A stretch of DNA of 43,568 bases from Octopus bimaculoides. Its lineage: Eukaryota. Of this stretch, positions 1 through 12,293 are shown piece after piece. Both the position numbers and the translations under genes were made by a program. Below the pieces are notes generated by a model. The model made no database searches. It was not told where the DNA came from and was given only the letters and a program-made list of their open reading frames with translations. Every line of letters begins with the position of its first letter. Position 1 is the stretch's first letter. The stretch spans positions 48,614,854 to 48,658,421 of the forward strand of contig NC_068996.1 of NCBI RefSeq assembly GCF_001194135.2, given 5' to 3'.

Positions 1-339
1 CTCTTTCTCTCTTTTTCTCTCTCTCTGAAAGTATCTGTCATTACAGTATCGAAATGTGATTGTTTCAGTTAGTAGAATAGTTTCATTTTTAAAGTGAAAG
101 TATTTGACATGAGTGTTTTTGTTTCACTTTTGACACGTAATACTTAAATAGTGGAAGAGATATTATGTTGCCATGTGCTCGAACTCTGTAAGAAGTTAAA
201 CATTTTTTTTGACTAAAACACAACTGGAACCCTAAGTAAGGCATCTGTAAAATTTGAATGAAATTGGTTGCGTAGTTTTCGAGTTTTAGGGATTCACACA
301 GACAGACAGAGAGACAGACAGACACACATTCTCATTTTT

Positions 340-645
340 ATATATATAGATATATCAATGGGGTTTTTTAAGTCAAATATCACATTGGAAGATATAATTG
401 GATTTTGAAGACATGAGTGAATGGAATGTAAAAGCAAAAGAAAAAGAGACAAGGAAAAAAAAGACAGACAGACAGGCAGACAGATGGATAAAGTTAGACA
501 AACAGGCAGGCAGACGGACTGACAGACAGATAGATAGACTGATAGATAGACAGACAGAGAGATAGATAGACAGACAGATAGACAGACAGACAGACGGACT
601 GACAGACAGATAGACAAACAGATAGATACATACATACATACATAC
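340..645. repeat. Compound (GACA)/(GATA)/(CATA) microsatellite
   Basis: Direct tetranucleotide runs, most evident from ~465 onward. Confidence 0.85.
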
Positions 646-1031
646 ATGATGATGATGGCCGTCCACTCGTGAGACGAGGAAGACCATTGCCGACCTTCAG
701 GAACATTCTGCGCTCTTAACTTACATTTTGCATTTACGGCTCTGTTTGTGGCTAATGAGCCCTGCTCTTGACAAGCATACACGACTGCAAACATTGCAGA
801 TTAAGTTTTCCCCATTCACTATACGAGCCGTGCGCTTTCGTGCAGCTCGCTTAAGTTCTTCATGCTGGATACGTGCTCTCTCAAAAGTGTCGATCCTCTC
901 CTTAACCTGCTTCCTCCATCCGTGGCGATGACAGGCATTGTTCTCCCAGTCAGTGTCCTGCATATCACAGGCCTTTAATGAGGACTTGACACAGTCCTTA
1001 AAGCACAGCCTTGGTTTCTGCCAGAGTCTCC
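645..1031 (-). mobile_element. 3' end of an RTE-clade LINE (5'-truncated) with (CAT)n tail
   Basis: Minus translation KPRLCFKDCVKSSLKACDMQDTDWE..WRKQVKERIDTFERARIQHEELKRAARK..CNVCSRVCLSRAGLISH is typical of the RTE/BovB-like C-terminus. It is followed by a short 3'UTR and catcatcat. Confidence 0.85.
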
Positions 1032-1032
1032 T

Positions 1033-1144
1033 TCATACATACATACATACATACATACATACAAACATACATACAAACATACATACATACAAACATACAC
1101 ACCTAGCTAGATAGATAGACAGACAGACAGACAGGCAGGCAGGC

Positions 1145-1206
<62 letters not shown>

Positions 1207-1805
1207 GGAGAGAGAGAGAGAATGGGTGAGAGAAGTGGAATCAAGTAGAGAGATGGCTATAATGTAGCCAAAAAGAAATGGTGGACGAGAGAAAAATGTA
1301 AAGAAAAATGGTAAGAAAGTGGAATCAACAAAGATGTAAGCAGAATGAGAAACAGGAAAAGACAGCAAGTTCAAGAGAGAAAGGTAAATAAGGAGAAAAG
1401 AGAGGGGAGAGAGCGAGAGAGAGAGACAGAGAGAGATAGAGAGAGAGAGATAGAGAGAGAGAGATTGATAAATAGCATGAGTGAAAGGGAGATGGTTATA
1501 TAACAGAAGCAGACATGTAGAGAGACAGACAGACATGGCAGAAAGGCAGAGAGACACTGAAGAGAAAGGTGGGATGTAGAGAGAAAGAGGGAAAAGAGAA
1601 AGAGAGAGAGAGAGAGGAAAAGAGAGTGTGGTGAATGAAGTGAGAGAGTGCAAGAGAGAGAGAGACAGACAGGCAGGCAGACAGACTGATAGACAGATAG
1701 ACAGCGTTAGAGAGAGAGAGAGAGAGAGGGAGAGAGAAACCAACAGAGAGCGATAGAGAGAGATAATGAGAGAGAGACAGACAGACAGAGACAGAGAGGG
1801 AGAAA

Positions 1806-1845
<40 letters not shown>

Positions 1846-1855
1846 NNNNNNNNNN

Positions 1856-1907
<52 letters not shown>

Positions 1908-1915
1908 GAGATCAA
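1033..1915. repeat. Compound (CATA)/(GATA)/(GA)n microsatellite and purine-rich low-complexity tract
   Basis: Direct inspection. Confidence 0.9.
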
Positions 1916-2240
1916 CAAAGATCTAAAAATTGAAAGAGTTTGATAGAGTAAGTTAGAGAGAGGATGAGAGAAAGCGTGATAAAAGAAAAGGGTTGAAGAG
2001 AAAGAGGAGATAGGAAGATGAGAAAAAGAAGTGTGAATAATGGAAGGCATTACAGAATGTTGATACAAAGTACGTAAACATGGATGGAAGCTCAATAGAG
2101 ATTTATATAATTAAGTTGGAAGTGTTGCTCAATTTTATCTGCTTCGAGGAACAGACATTGTCAAGTAACTGTCCAGAAAAGCATGTGATACGATGGGATA
2201 CGGTGTGATGGTGGGGGCGAGTGCGATGGAGATGACGTGG

Positions 2241-2560
2241 TGTGTGTATATGTGCATGATGTGTGTATACGTGCATGATGTGTGTGTATACGTGCATGAT
2301 GTGTGTGTATACATGCATGATGTGTGTATACGTGCATGATGTGTGTGTATATGTGCATGATGTGTGTGTATACGTGCATGATGTGTGTGTATGTGTGTGT
2401 ATGTGTGTGTACGTGCATGATGTGTGTGTATATGTGCATGATGTGTGTGTATACGTGCATGATGTGTGTGTATACGTGCATGATGTGTGTGTATGTGTGT
2501 GTATGTGTGTGTACGTGCATGATGTGTGTGTACGTGCATGATGTGTGTGTACGCTTGTGT
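2241..2560. repeat. Minisatellite, 19-21-bp unit GTGCATGATGTGTGT(GT)ATAC
   Basis: Roughly a dozen tandem copies, with interspersed GT/GTAT expansions. Confidence 0.9.
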
Positions 2561-2599
2561 GTACGTGCGTGTTACATAGAAGTAGACAGTGAGAACTAG

Positions 2600-2812
2600 A
2601 GAAAGAGCGAAAGAGAGAGTGAGTAGTGGTTGTAGAGAGGAACACAGTTAGATATACTGTATGTAAAGGTGTTGTGGTTGAAAGAGGTTGATAGAGAGAG
2701 GAGGGGACGAGAGAGAGAAGAAAGAAAGAAAGGGGAGAGATAAAAAGTCTGACAGACTGGGAAGTAGATAAGGCGTAGAGAGAGAGAGAGAGAAAGAGAC
2801 AGAGACATGCAA

Positions 2813-2843
<31 letters not shown>

Positions 2844-2901
2844 CAGAGACATGCAAAGAGAGAGAGAGAGAGAGAGAAGGCGACAGATATTGAATGTGAG
2901 A

Positions 2902-2935
<34 letters not shown>

Positions 2936-2977
2936 AAGCATGTATCTGTGTGTTGTATGCAAGTGAATATGTGTGTT

Positions 2978-3020
<43 letters not shown>

Positions 3021-3219
3021 AGATAGATATATATATAGGACAGAGAGTAAGAGGGAGAGAGACAAGGAGATAGAGATAAAACGATAAAGGGAGCAGAGAG
3101 AGAATGAGGAGACAGACTGAAAGACAGACAGTGAGGGGAGATGGTGGAGAAGAGAGGCGGCATACAGACACACACACACACACACACATACGTAAATATA
3201 TGTGCTAATGTGTGTGAGT

Positions 3220-3250
<31 letters not shown>
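2600..3250. repeat. (GA)n, (GT)n, (TA)n, (CA)n microsatellite cluster
   Basis: Direct inspection. Confidence 0.9.
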
Positions 3251-3251
<1 letters not shown>

Positions 3252-3701
3252 AGTGGAGAAAGGAACTAATGAAGTAAAATGATGGTGCTTTAAGCCATGG
3301 AAATATTATTCTGAGAGAGATGTTAAGACATGGGAAGACATATAAAGACACTGTTTGCTCTCAGTCAGTCAAGCAGAACTTTCAACTGAATCGGAATCAA
3401 AGGAACATCCCAAGAACTTAAAGTTTTACGACCATACACACACACACACATACNNNNNNNNNNNNNNNNNNNNNNNNNNNNNNNNNNNNNNNNNNNNNNN
3501 NNNNNNNNNNNNNNNNNNNNNNNNNNNNNNNNNNNNNNNNNNNNNNNNNNNNNNNNNNNNNNNNNNNNNNNNNNNNNNNNNNNNNNNNNNNNNNNNNNNN
3601 NNNNNNNNNNNNNNNNNNNNNNNNNNNNNNNNNNNNNNNNNNNNNNNNNNNNNNNNNNNNNNNNNNNNNNNNNNNNNNNNNNNNNNNNNNNNNNNNNNNN
3701 N

Positions 3702-3749
<48 letters not shown>

Positions 3750-4029
3750 AATATATATGTGTGTGTGTGTGTGTATGTGTGTGTGTGATTCACATTATTA
3801 AGCAGAAAAATAACTGTTCAGTGTTTGTTTATTATTTTGAGTGTTTTATTTTATTTTTTTTTTAATATTCTATTTAAGGGAGTTCAATGACGATGATAAT
3901 ATTTGGTCAGGAAACAGCATTTTTCTAGATTCATAAAGAAATTTTATGTAAAAATAAAATTATTGAAGTAAAAGAAAATTCTTGTTCAAATGAAAATTAT
4001 CTTTTTTTTTTGTTTATTTTCATATTTCA

Positions 4030-4190
4030 GCAAATCATCATCATCATAATGATGAAAATCGTCATCGTTATCATCACCACCACCACCACCACCATCGTTT
4101 CCATCATCATCGTCATCATCATCACCATCATCATCAACATCATCACTGCCACCACCATCACCTCTATCCTCATCAGCACCATCATCATTT
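4030..4190. repeat. (CAT)/(CAC) trinucleotide low-complexity tract
   Basis: Direct inspection. Confidence 0.85.
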
Positions 4191-4665
4191 TACGACGCTA
4201 AACCAACTTAGGGTTATTTAACAAATCAATATAAATTGTTGAAGCACATATCTTTTTTTTTTTTCTGCATCATGATTTTCTTAACATGAATCATTGAACC
4301 ATGTATAGTTTATTGAGGAATCCATTCATTAATTTCAGAGACTTGGTTTTCTAAGCATTAAATAAATGACAACGCTAAAATCCCTTTTCATTGATGTCGA
4401 AACATTAACAGTCTATCTTAATTTCAAGCAACATTTCCACATGATCCAATACCTGTTAAGGTGAAATGATACAATGTAATATTCTGTTGCTGTGTTTTGT
4501 ACGGCCAACCCAACTCTTGAATGCTTCTAGTTAAGTCTCATTGTTTGCAGAAACTCCCTTTCCTCTTTCAGGTAAATTGGAGTTCCCTTTCCTCCTTTAA
4601 GCAATAAAAGACAATAATTAGTAGCAACATTAATTAGAAGCAATATTAATACCAACAGGTATAGT

Positions 4666-5060
4666 CACAGGTGTGACTGTGTGGTAAGTAGCTTGCTTAC
4701 CAACCACATGGTTCTGGGTTCAGTCCCACTGCGTGGCACCTTGGGCAAGTATCTTCTACTATAGCCTTGGGCCAACCAAGCCTTCTGAGTGGATTTGGTA
4801 GATGGAAACTGAAAGAAGCCCATCGTATATAGATATGTATATGTGTGTGTCTGTGTTTGTCCCCCCCCCCTCCCAACATCACATGGCAACTGATGTTGGT
4901 GTATTTACGTCCCTAAAACTTAGCAGTTCGGCAAAGAGACTGGTAGAATAAGTACTAGGCTTACAAAGAATTAAGTTCTGGAGTCGATTTGTTCGACTAA
5001 ACATGGTGCTCCAGCATGGCCACAGTCAATTGACTAAAACAAATAAAAGAAAAAAGAAAG
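4666..5060 (+). mobile_element. tRNA-type SINE family A (ggagtggctgtgtggtaagtagcttgc.. to ..gactgaaacaagtaaaaga tail)
   Basis: A-box/B-box-like head (ggttcagtccc), ccttgggcaagtgtc CORE-like segment, internal (TA/TG)n. Many copies in this window. Confidence 0.85.
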
Positions 5061-5411
5061 GTAATATTTATCCCCCCACCCTTGAAAGTGCACTTTATGT
5101 TAAAAAGCAGGATACTGTCATAGTTATCATGAGAGAACCTTTCATGTGGACCTGTGATGCATATAAGCACTTGTGTTTATATTGCTAGCAGGAGACAATC
5201 ATCTGCTATCACCACGAGAACTGCCAGATGATGTGATTTCAGCCTTCTTTGGCCTCGTCAATGGTAGATGTCTGTGCTTAGAGATGGCAGTGATTCCTCC
5301 ATCTACAATATATATAGAATCTCAGTGTCCATTCAGGCACTGGCATCACAAATAGCCAATAAACTTATTAAAAAATAATTAATAATTAATAATTAATAAT
5401 TAATAATATAA

Positions 5412-5864
5412 GCGTAGGAGTGGCTGTGTGGTAAGTAGCTTGCTTACCAACTACATGGTTCCGGGTTCATTCCCACTGCGTGGCACTTTGGGCAAGTGTC
5501 TTCTACTATNNNNNNNNNNGCACTTTGGGCAAGTGTCTTCTACTATAGCCTCGAGCCGACCAAAGCCTTGTGAGTGGACTTGGCAGACGGAAACTGAAAG
5601 AAGCCCGTCGTATATATGTATATGCATATATATCTATGTATGTGTGTGTGTGCTTGTGTGTCTGTGTTTGTCCCCCCAACATCGCTTGACAACTGATGTT
5701 GGTGTGTTTACGTCCCTGTAACTTAGCGATTCGGCAAAAAGAGACCGATAGAATAAGTACTAGGCTTACAAAGAATAAGTCCTGGGGTCGATTTGCTCGT
5801 CTAAAGGCGGTGCTCCAGCCTGGCCACAGTCAAATGACTGAAACAAGTAAAAGAGTAAAAGAGT
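5412..5864 (+). mobile_element. SINE family A copy (contains a small gap)
   Basis: Same sequence as the 4666 copy, ending aagagtaaaagagt. Confidence 0.9.
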
Positions 5865-7781
5865 AATGACAGAAGTTGTATTAATATCAAAAGAGAGAAT
5901 ATTTATCCCCACTTATAAATGGATGTTGTGCTGGACTACAGAATTCTGCAATATTTATCATGAAAGAACTTTTTGTATGAACCGCTGGTGCATATAAGCG
6001 CTCTTGTTTATATTAGTAACGGGAGGTAATCATCTGCTACTGTTGCCGGAACTACCAGATCATGTGATTTCAACCTTTCTTGGCCTTGTCAATGGTAGGA
6101 ACCCGTGACTAAAGACAGCAGTGAGTCCCATAAGAGCAATATATACAGAATGACAGAACCTAAACAAGCAATGGTGTCACAAACAGCCAATGGGCTTATC
6201 AAGAAATAATTGTTAGTGATTTATCCCCACCACATAAAAGTGGATTTTGGGTTAGAATACAGAATATTGTGATAGTTGCCATGACAAAACTTCTCATAAG
6301 GTTTTGTGGTGCATATAGACACTCTTCTTCATATTGGTAACGGGAGGTAGTCATCCATTATTGTTGCCAGCACTACCAAATTACATGATTCTAGCCTTCC
6401 TTGGCCTTCTCAATGGTAGATACCCAACTGCTGGAAATAGCAACAACAGTTCCGTTAATGATATACATAGAATCTCAGTATCTATTCAGGCACTGGTGTC
6501 ACAAACAGCCTGTGGGATTATTAAAGAATAATTAATAGTGACAGAAGCAGTATTAATATTATTGCCAGAACTACCAGATCATGTGATTTCAGCCTCCCTT
6601 GGCCTCGTCAATGGTAAATGCCCACAGCTAGAGAGAGTAGTGATTCCTTCATCAGTGATATATAATCTCTGTGTCTATTCAAGCACAGGTGTTTTAAATA
6701 GCCAACGACCTTATTAAAAAATAATTGATAGCATCAGAAGCAGTACTAATACCAAAAGGTGATTATTGTACCACAAAACCTCACGAGAGGTTCACTCAAG
6801 GTAAATAATGCAGTATTCTGTGTTCTTACACAACATACACAATATAAAAGAAATAACCTACGAAAGACATTCAAAAGAAATTTTTTATTGTTAAAATACA
6901 TAACACATATTCTGTGGATTTGAACTTAAGAACTCTAAGTTGCTGATTCGGATTTGAACTTAAGAACTCTAAGTTGCTGATTCAATACTTTATTCTCTCA
7001 GCCATTCTATTTCTACCTAAGCTAGGGTAAATGCAATGTTTGGTTTGTTTTTGAAGGGTCTAAGCTTTGATTAGAAACTATTAGTTGAATAATTTTTTGG
7101 TAAATGTTCTTGTAAATATTTTATGCATCTGGAAAGTGTCTTGTAAAATAGATGAAATGTACAAGAGGTTTCAATGTTTCAAATAATAGACAGACATTCT
7201 TTTTTGATTATTTCCAACTACTGGTTAAACGGTTTTCCTGTGATTCCTGTAAATGTTGCCTGATTCTGAAAGATGCTCTGCAAATCACACAAAGTATAAT
7301 GGAAAATTCCATTGATCCACGCATTTTCTCTGCCCACTATTCTTAGGGAATGTTGTTATGGTGGAGTCCTCGGGTACTTCCACCAAATGGTCCTATCAGA
7401 AGATACCATCATTACATTTTCCACTCCCAATTACTAACAACTGTTCCTTCCTGGACCGACTTTGAGCTCCTGGAACATGCATCCTTTGTACTTCTACCCC
7501 GTGCCTCCCAGAACAAGTTACAGACTCATTCATAGCTGTACTGGCATTGGTTAGAAACTGCAATATATTTTTCAGCTGAGCCCCTCCACCTAAGTTCTGA
7601 ACACACTGCTCATTAACCTGTGCAACAGACGATGCAGTATGGTCATTCTTTCAAACCCTTTTTATATTACTGCTTTCTGGTGGTCATCTTTGCTCCAGGG
7701 GTCAAGCTGGTAATATGTACCGGACATGCAAACAAAGAGATTTATGGTTTCAAGTAATGGATAGAAGAAATACTACATATA

Positions 7782-7952
7782 CCATATTTTAACGTATATA
7801 AGGAACCCCCTAATTTTTTTTTTTTGGGGGGGGGCTTAAAATTTGGAAAAAAGGTTTTGTAAGGGGTTATATTATCCATATATAAGAAACTCCCACATTT
7901 CTTGAACCTCATTTTTGACATAAAAGGAGTTTTTATACATGTTAAAATACAC
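7782..7952. mobile_element. Tc2/pogo-like MITE
   Basis: TA-flanked imperfect TIRs: ta|ccatattttaacgtatataag ... ttatacatgttaaaatacac|ta. Confidence 0.55.
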
Positions 7953-8003
7953 TAATTATATATAATTTGCACATTTTGTTCCAGGTATTTAAGCCTAAAT
8001 ATT

Positions 8004-8204
8004 GGTTTCAAATTTTAGCTCAAGGCCAGCAATTTTGGGGGAGGGAGATAATCGATTACATCAACCCCAGTACTCAACTGGTACTTATTTTATCAACCCC
8101 AAAAGTATGGAAGGCAAAGTCGACCTCAGCAGAACGTAAAACTGGATGAAATGTTGCTAAAGGTTTTACCCAGCATGCCAATGGTCTTCCATCTCACCAC
8201 CTTG
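8004..8204 (-). mobile_element. SINE family D (aggcggcgagctggcagaa.. type) with 17-bp TSD
   Basis: Perfect direct repeat ATTTAAGCCTAAATATT at 7987-8003 and 8205-8221. Homologous to the copies at 30083 and 34885. Confidence 0.85.
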
Positions 8205-8609
8205 ATTTAAGCCTAAATATTACTAATTTACATTATGCAGCATTATACATATGAGTTGAATGTAAACTAATTTCCTTAACTTCTTTTTCCCAGCCAATCA
8301 GCTGCATTACCATTGTAGGTATTTGAACCCCAACTGCAAAGACATTCAGTTAAGCATCACAAGTGAACCACCACAGTTTCATGTGGTTGACCTATAAATC
8401 AACCGATCAGCATGAATGCATGAAGTTGTGGCATGACAAGGACTCTTAGATGATCCAAACTTCACTCCATTTTTTACCTTATAAAATCCATTTGGTGCCC
8501 AACTCAACCAGTTGGCCTTGAGCGTTCGCACAGAATACCTTGGGCGTTCGCACAGAATACCTTGGGCGCTAATGGAAGGTAGACTGTTAAAACCAAACCA
8601 CTTCAGGCA

Positions 8610-8715
8610 CTCGGAACAAATCATCTCAAACAAGAAACTGAAATATATGGTGCTGGACATACAGGGAATCAGGAAACTGTCAGTGTTGATAGACTTAAGA
8701 AAGCTTCTGTCAAAT
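8610..8715 (+). mobile_element. Gypsy/Ty3 integrase C-terminal remnant
   Basis: With one frameshift it reads KYMVLDIQ/GNQETVSVDRLKKA, matching the Gypsy GPY/F-region motif (V)S(V/I)DRLK. Confidence 0.55.
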
Positions 8716-10067
8716 CAATACCCCTACCACAACATTGGTGATCAATCTCCCTCGCAATACCATATTCTGGATTGTCTGACCAGAAGTAAATCAGTTATAT
8801 CTTCTTGTCCAGGTTAATTGATGTGTAGTGAAAAGTTAAGCTCATTATATAAACGTTACATTTTTCTATGATAGTAGCAATATATTAAATGTTTGACAGA
8901 AATGGCAAACACATTTCTCATGGAATTACTGCTGTCAACCTTCAGTACATAAAGCCAGAATGTAATGCCTTCCATTATGGAAAATATTGCTTTAATTATT
9001 CAAAGTGAAGGTTACGTTAATAAATAATCAATAAGGATGATATATAAATACAGTCATTATTTCTATTTCTAAATTAATGTAATTATTATAATGAACCATC
9101 TCTCCATATGTTTCTATTGAATGACTGAACAAAAGTATTTGATAATAAAAGTATTTAAACTAACGAATAATGTAAGGGTTTCCGTTCTGTTTTGTGTCTT
9201 TTAAATCCTTCTGCACTGGTTGACTTTTCATTGGCTGACTTGACAATAGATGCACTTCTAACGATTTTTCTATATTTTATAGTTTACAACAGCAAAGTTC
9301 AAAGGTCATATTCTAATTTGCATATTATCATTCATCTTTTACTTGTTTCTGTCATTGGACTGCAGCCATATTGGAAGGTTTTTAACCAACTAAATTGAAG
9401 GGTTTTTAGTCGACTAAATTGAATGGGTTTTAGTCGACTGAATTGAAGGGGTTTTTAGTAAATCAAATTGAAGGGGTTTTAATCAGCCAGATCAAAGGGT
9501 TTTCTGGATTGAAATGTCAGTGTATATATATATATAATTATATATATATATATATATNNNNNNNNNNNNNNNNNNNNNNNNNNNNNNNNNNNNNNNNNNN
9601 NNNNNNNNNNNNNNNNNNNNNNNNNNNNNNNNNNNNNNNNNNNNNNNNNNNNNNNNNNNNNNNNNNNNNNNNNNNNNNNNNNNNNNNNNNNNNNNNNNNN
9701 NNNNNNNNNNNNNNNNNNNNNNNNNNNNNNNNNNNNNNNNNNNNNNNNNNNNNNNNNNNNNNNNNNNNNNNNNNNNNNNNNNNNNNNNNNNNNNNNNNNN
9801 NNNNNNNNNNNNNNNNNNNNNNNNNNNNNNNNNNNNNNNNNNNNNNNNNNNNNNNNNNNNNNNNNNNNNNNNNNNNNNNNNNNNNNNNNNNNNNNNNNNN
9901 NNNNNNNNNNNNNNNNNNNNNNNNNNNNNNNNNNNNNNNNNNNNNNNNNNNNNNNNNNNNNNNNNNNNNNNNNNNNNNNNNNNNNNNNNNNNNNNNNNNN
10001 NNNNNNNNNNNNNNNNNNNNNNNNNNNNNNNNNNNNNNNNNNNNNNNNNNNNNNNNNCTGATATACC

Positions 10068-10135
10068 CTCAAGCCTTCATCAGGTGTCTTGGGGAAATTT
10101 CGAACCTGGGTTCTCATTCCTAAGGTATTTTTCAA

Positions 10136-10189
<54 letters not shown>

Positions 10190-10212
10190 CATTATTATTA
10201 TTATTATTATTA

Positions 10213-10266
<54 letters not shown>

Positions 10267-10390
10267 TCATTGCCTGGAATCAATGATGGCTGGAGGGTAT
10301 ATCAACCGAAACGTGTTAACAACAAGATGAGGACAAATATCCGTCAAATGTAAATAATGTACATAATTCCTCATCTCCGAAATATAGAAC
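10068..10390. mobile_element. Penelope-tail-like element in inverted arrangement around (TTA)n
   Basis: Minus copy ccccaagacacctgatgaaggcttgagggtatatcag runs into the gap. Plus copy tgatggctggagggtatatcaaccgaaacgtgttaac. (TTA)n at ~10137-10261 lies between them. Confidence 0.6.
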
Positions 10391-10590
10391 CATACATCTC
10401 TTTGTATGTATGTATGTGAGAGAGAGAAAGAGTGAAAGTGTGTGTTCTAATGTATGTGAATTTTTTTGCATGTATAAGTGGCACTCACTCTCTCTCTCTT
10501 TCTCACATACACGCACACAAACATACAAAAAAGATGTATGCATATGTATTTATGTATGTACGCATACATCACAACACACCCCTTCACTCA

Positions 10591-10623
<33 letters not shown>

Positions 10624-10834
10624 GTCCATTTCATATTCATGTACATGCATCTTCCACTTTGAAACAAAAGTTAATAAATAAAACTTTTTTACGGAAATTA
10701 ATGAACAAAACCAGCTGATCCAAATGAAAGTTCTGCAAGTCAAAACGAAGGATGACCAAGAGAAAAACAAAAGAAAAAAACATCAATCCAACACCAAGTG
10801 CTTCAACTGGTCATACACAACAAGGTTCAATAGA

Positions 10835-11036
10835 ACTTACTGCAGGAAACCAACACATTCGCAGCATTACCACAGGCGATGGCAATGCTAAGACATTGGA
10901 AAAACCAAGCATCCTCATGGGCATCACTTGACACCTCGGTGAGGCAAGCTGCGAGCGATAAAAAGGATTTTGCAGTTAGCAGCCAGTCCCTGTAAATGTC
11001 TCAAGTGCCAGAGGCTGGAAGAGATAGTTTACTGAC
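10835..11036 (-). mobile_element. CRE-like (restriction-like endonuclease) non-LTR retrotransposon, C-terminal remnant
   Basis: Minus translation YLFQPLALETF../..TAKSFLSLAACLTEVSSDAHEDAWFFQCLSIAIACGNAANVL resembles the RLE-element terminal motif FQRLS(V/I)A(I/V)xRGNA. Confidence 0.7.
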
Positions 11037-11929
11037 ATCTTTTTTGTTTTTGTCTTGTTTTCATAACTTTTCTTTTATNNNNNNNNNNNNNNNNNNNNNN
11101 NNNNNNNNNNNNNNNNNNNNNNNNNNNNNNNNNNNNNNNNNNNNNNNNNNNNNNNNNNNNNNNNNNNNNNNNNNNNNNNNNNNNNNNNNNNNNNNNNNNN
11201 NNNNNNNNNNNNNNNNNNNNNNNNNNNNNNNNNNNNNNNNNNNNNNNNNNNNNNNNNNNNNNNNNNNNNNNNNNNNNNNNNNNNNNNNNNNNNNNNNNNN
11301 NNNNNNNNNNNNNNNNNNNNNNNNNNNNNNNNNNNNNNNNNNNNNNNNNNNNNNNNNNNNNNNNNNNNNNNNNNNNNNNNNNNNNNNNNNNNNNNNNNNN
11401 NNNNNNNNNNNNNNNNNNNNNNNNNNNNNNNNNNNNNNNNNNNNNNNNNNNNNNNNNNNNNNNNNNNNNNNNNNNNNNNNNNNNNNNNNNNNNNNNNNNN
11501 NNNNNNNNNNNNNNNNNNNNNNNNNNNNNNNNNNNNNNNNNNNNNNNNNNNNNNNNNNNNNNNNNNNNNNNNNNNNNNNNNNNNNNNNNNNNNCGCATAT
11601 TTAGAAAAAAAATTTTTTTAAATGCTTAAAAAAAAAATTTCACAAAGATTTTGGGAAATTTGTTTCAGAATCATAATCTCCATATTTTTCCGCATATTTT
11701 GAAAAAAAAAATGGGAAAAAAGTTAAAAATGAAGGAAATGGGTGTGGGGGCGGTAATTTATAAATGTCGATTTTTGCCAATTTTTTTTCAGATTCGTATT
11801 CCCTGTAGGCGAAATGGGGGATTCATGTAAAAAAAAAAAAAAATTTTTAAAGGGTGGATTTTTTTGTGGGGACAGGCAGAAGTCTTGCCAATTTCTTTCT
11901 GTGACATAAAAATTCAATCGAGAAAAACG

Positions 11930-12072
11930 ACTGTTATGAACACTTACCTTATTTCTGGTGAGAATTACGTTAAGGGTACATGTTTCTGTGGAGTGTTCAG
12001 CCATTCGCACATTAATTTCACGAGCAGGCTGCTCCGTTGATTGAATCATCATCGTAACTGACGGAGTGCCAG
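11930..12072 (+). mobile_element. SINE family C 3' fragment (..cacgagcaggctgttccgttgat..gacggagtgcca)
   Basis: Reverse complement of the copies at 16372 and 34322. Confidence 0.75.
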
Positions 12073-12293
12073 TTAAGTAAAATTTAAGGTACAACTTTAA
12101 TATAGAGGTCCCGACGTGTCCCCATATCGATATTAAAGGGATGTAATCTAGTTTTACCAAAACTACTGTAAATTCACATAAACAGTCCTTGTGTAACTCA
12201 AAATAGATATATTTGAAGTGACAGGTCTTGCTAACGATCTGCAGAATTTGATACATTTTTTTGAAAAGTCACAGAGTATTACGCACAAGAGAT

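Larger units (their letters stand above)
4600..6770. repeat. Diverged tandem array, ~350-bp unit, about four units, interrupted by two SINE insertions
   Basis: Core gaact(a/g)ccagat(c/g)atgtgatttcagcc..cttggcct(c/t)gtcaatggta recurs near 5220, 6050, 6370 and 6570. Unit-end motif aataatt..agaagcagtattaata recurs near 4615-4655, 5870, 6540 and 6720. Confidence 0.8.

Noticed and set aside
2241-2560. Clustered RBFOX UGCAUG sites in the minisatellite
   Set aside because: TGCATG is on the plus strand, whereas the CEP104 pre-mRNA (minus) reads CAUGCA, and no plus-strand gene is evident.
294-3793. Long ORFs (up to 249 aa) in the ORF track
   Set aside because: They are translations of (GA)n, (GACA)n, (CATA)n and minisatellite DNA or N-runs, with no complexity or domain signal.
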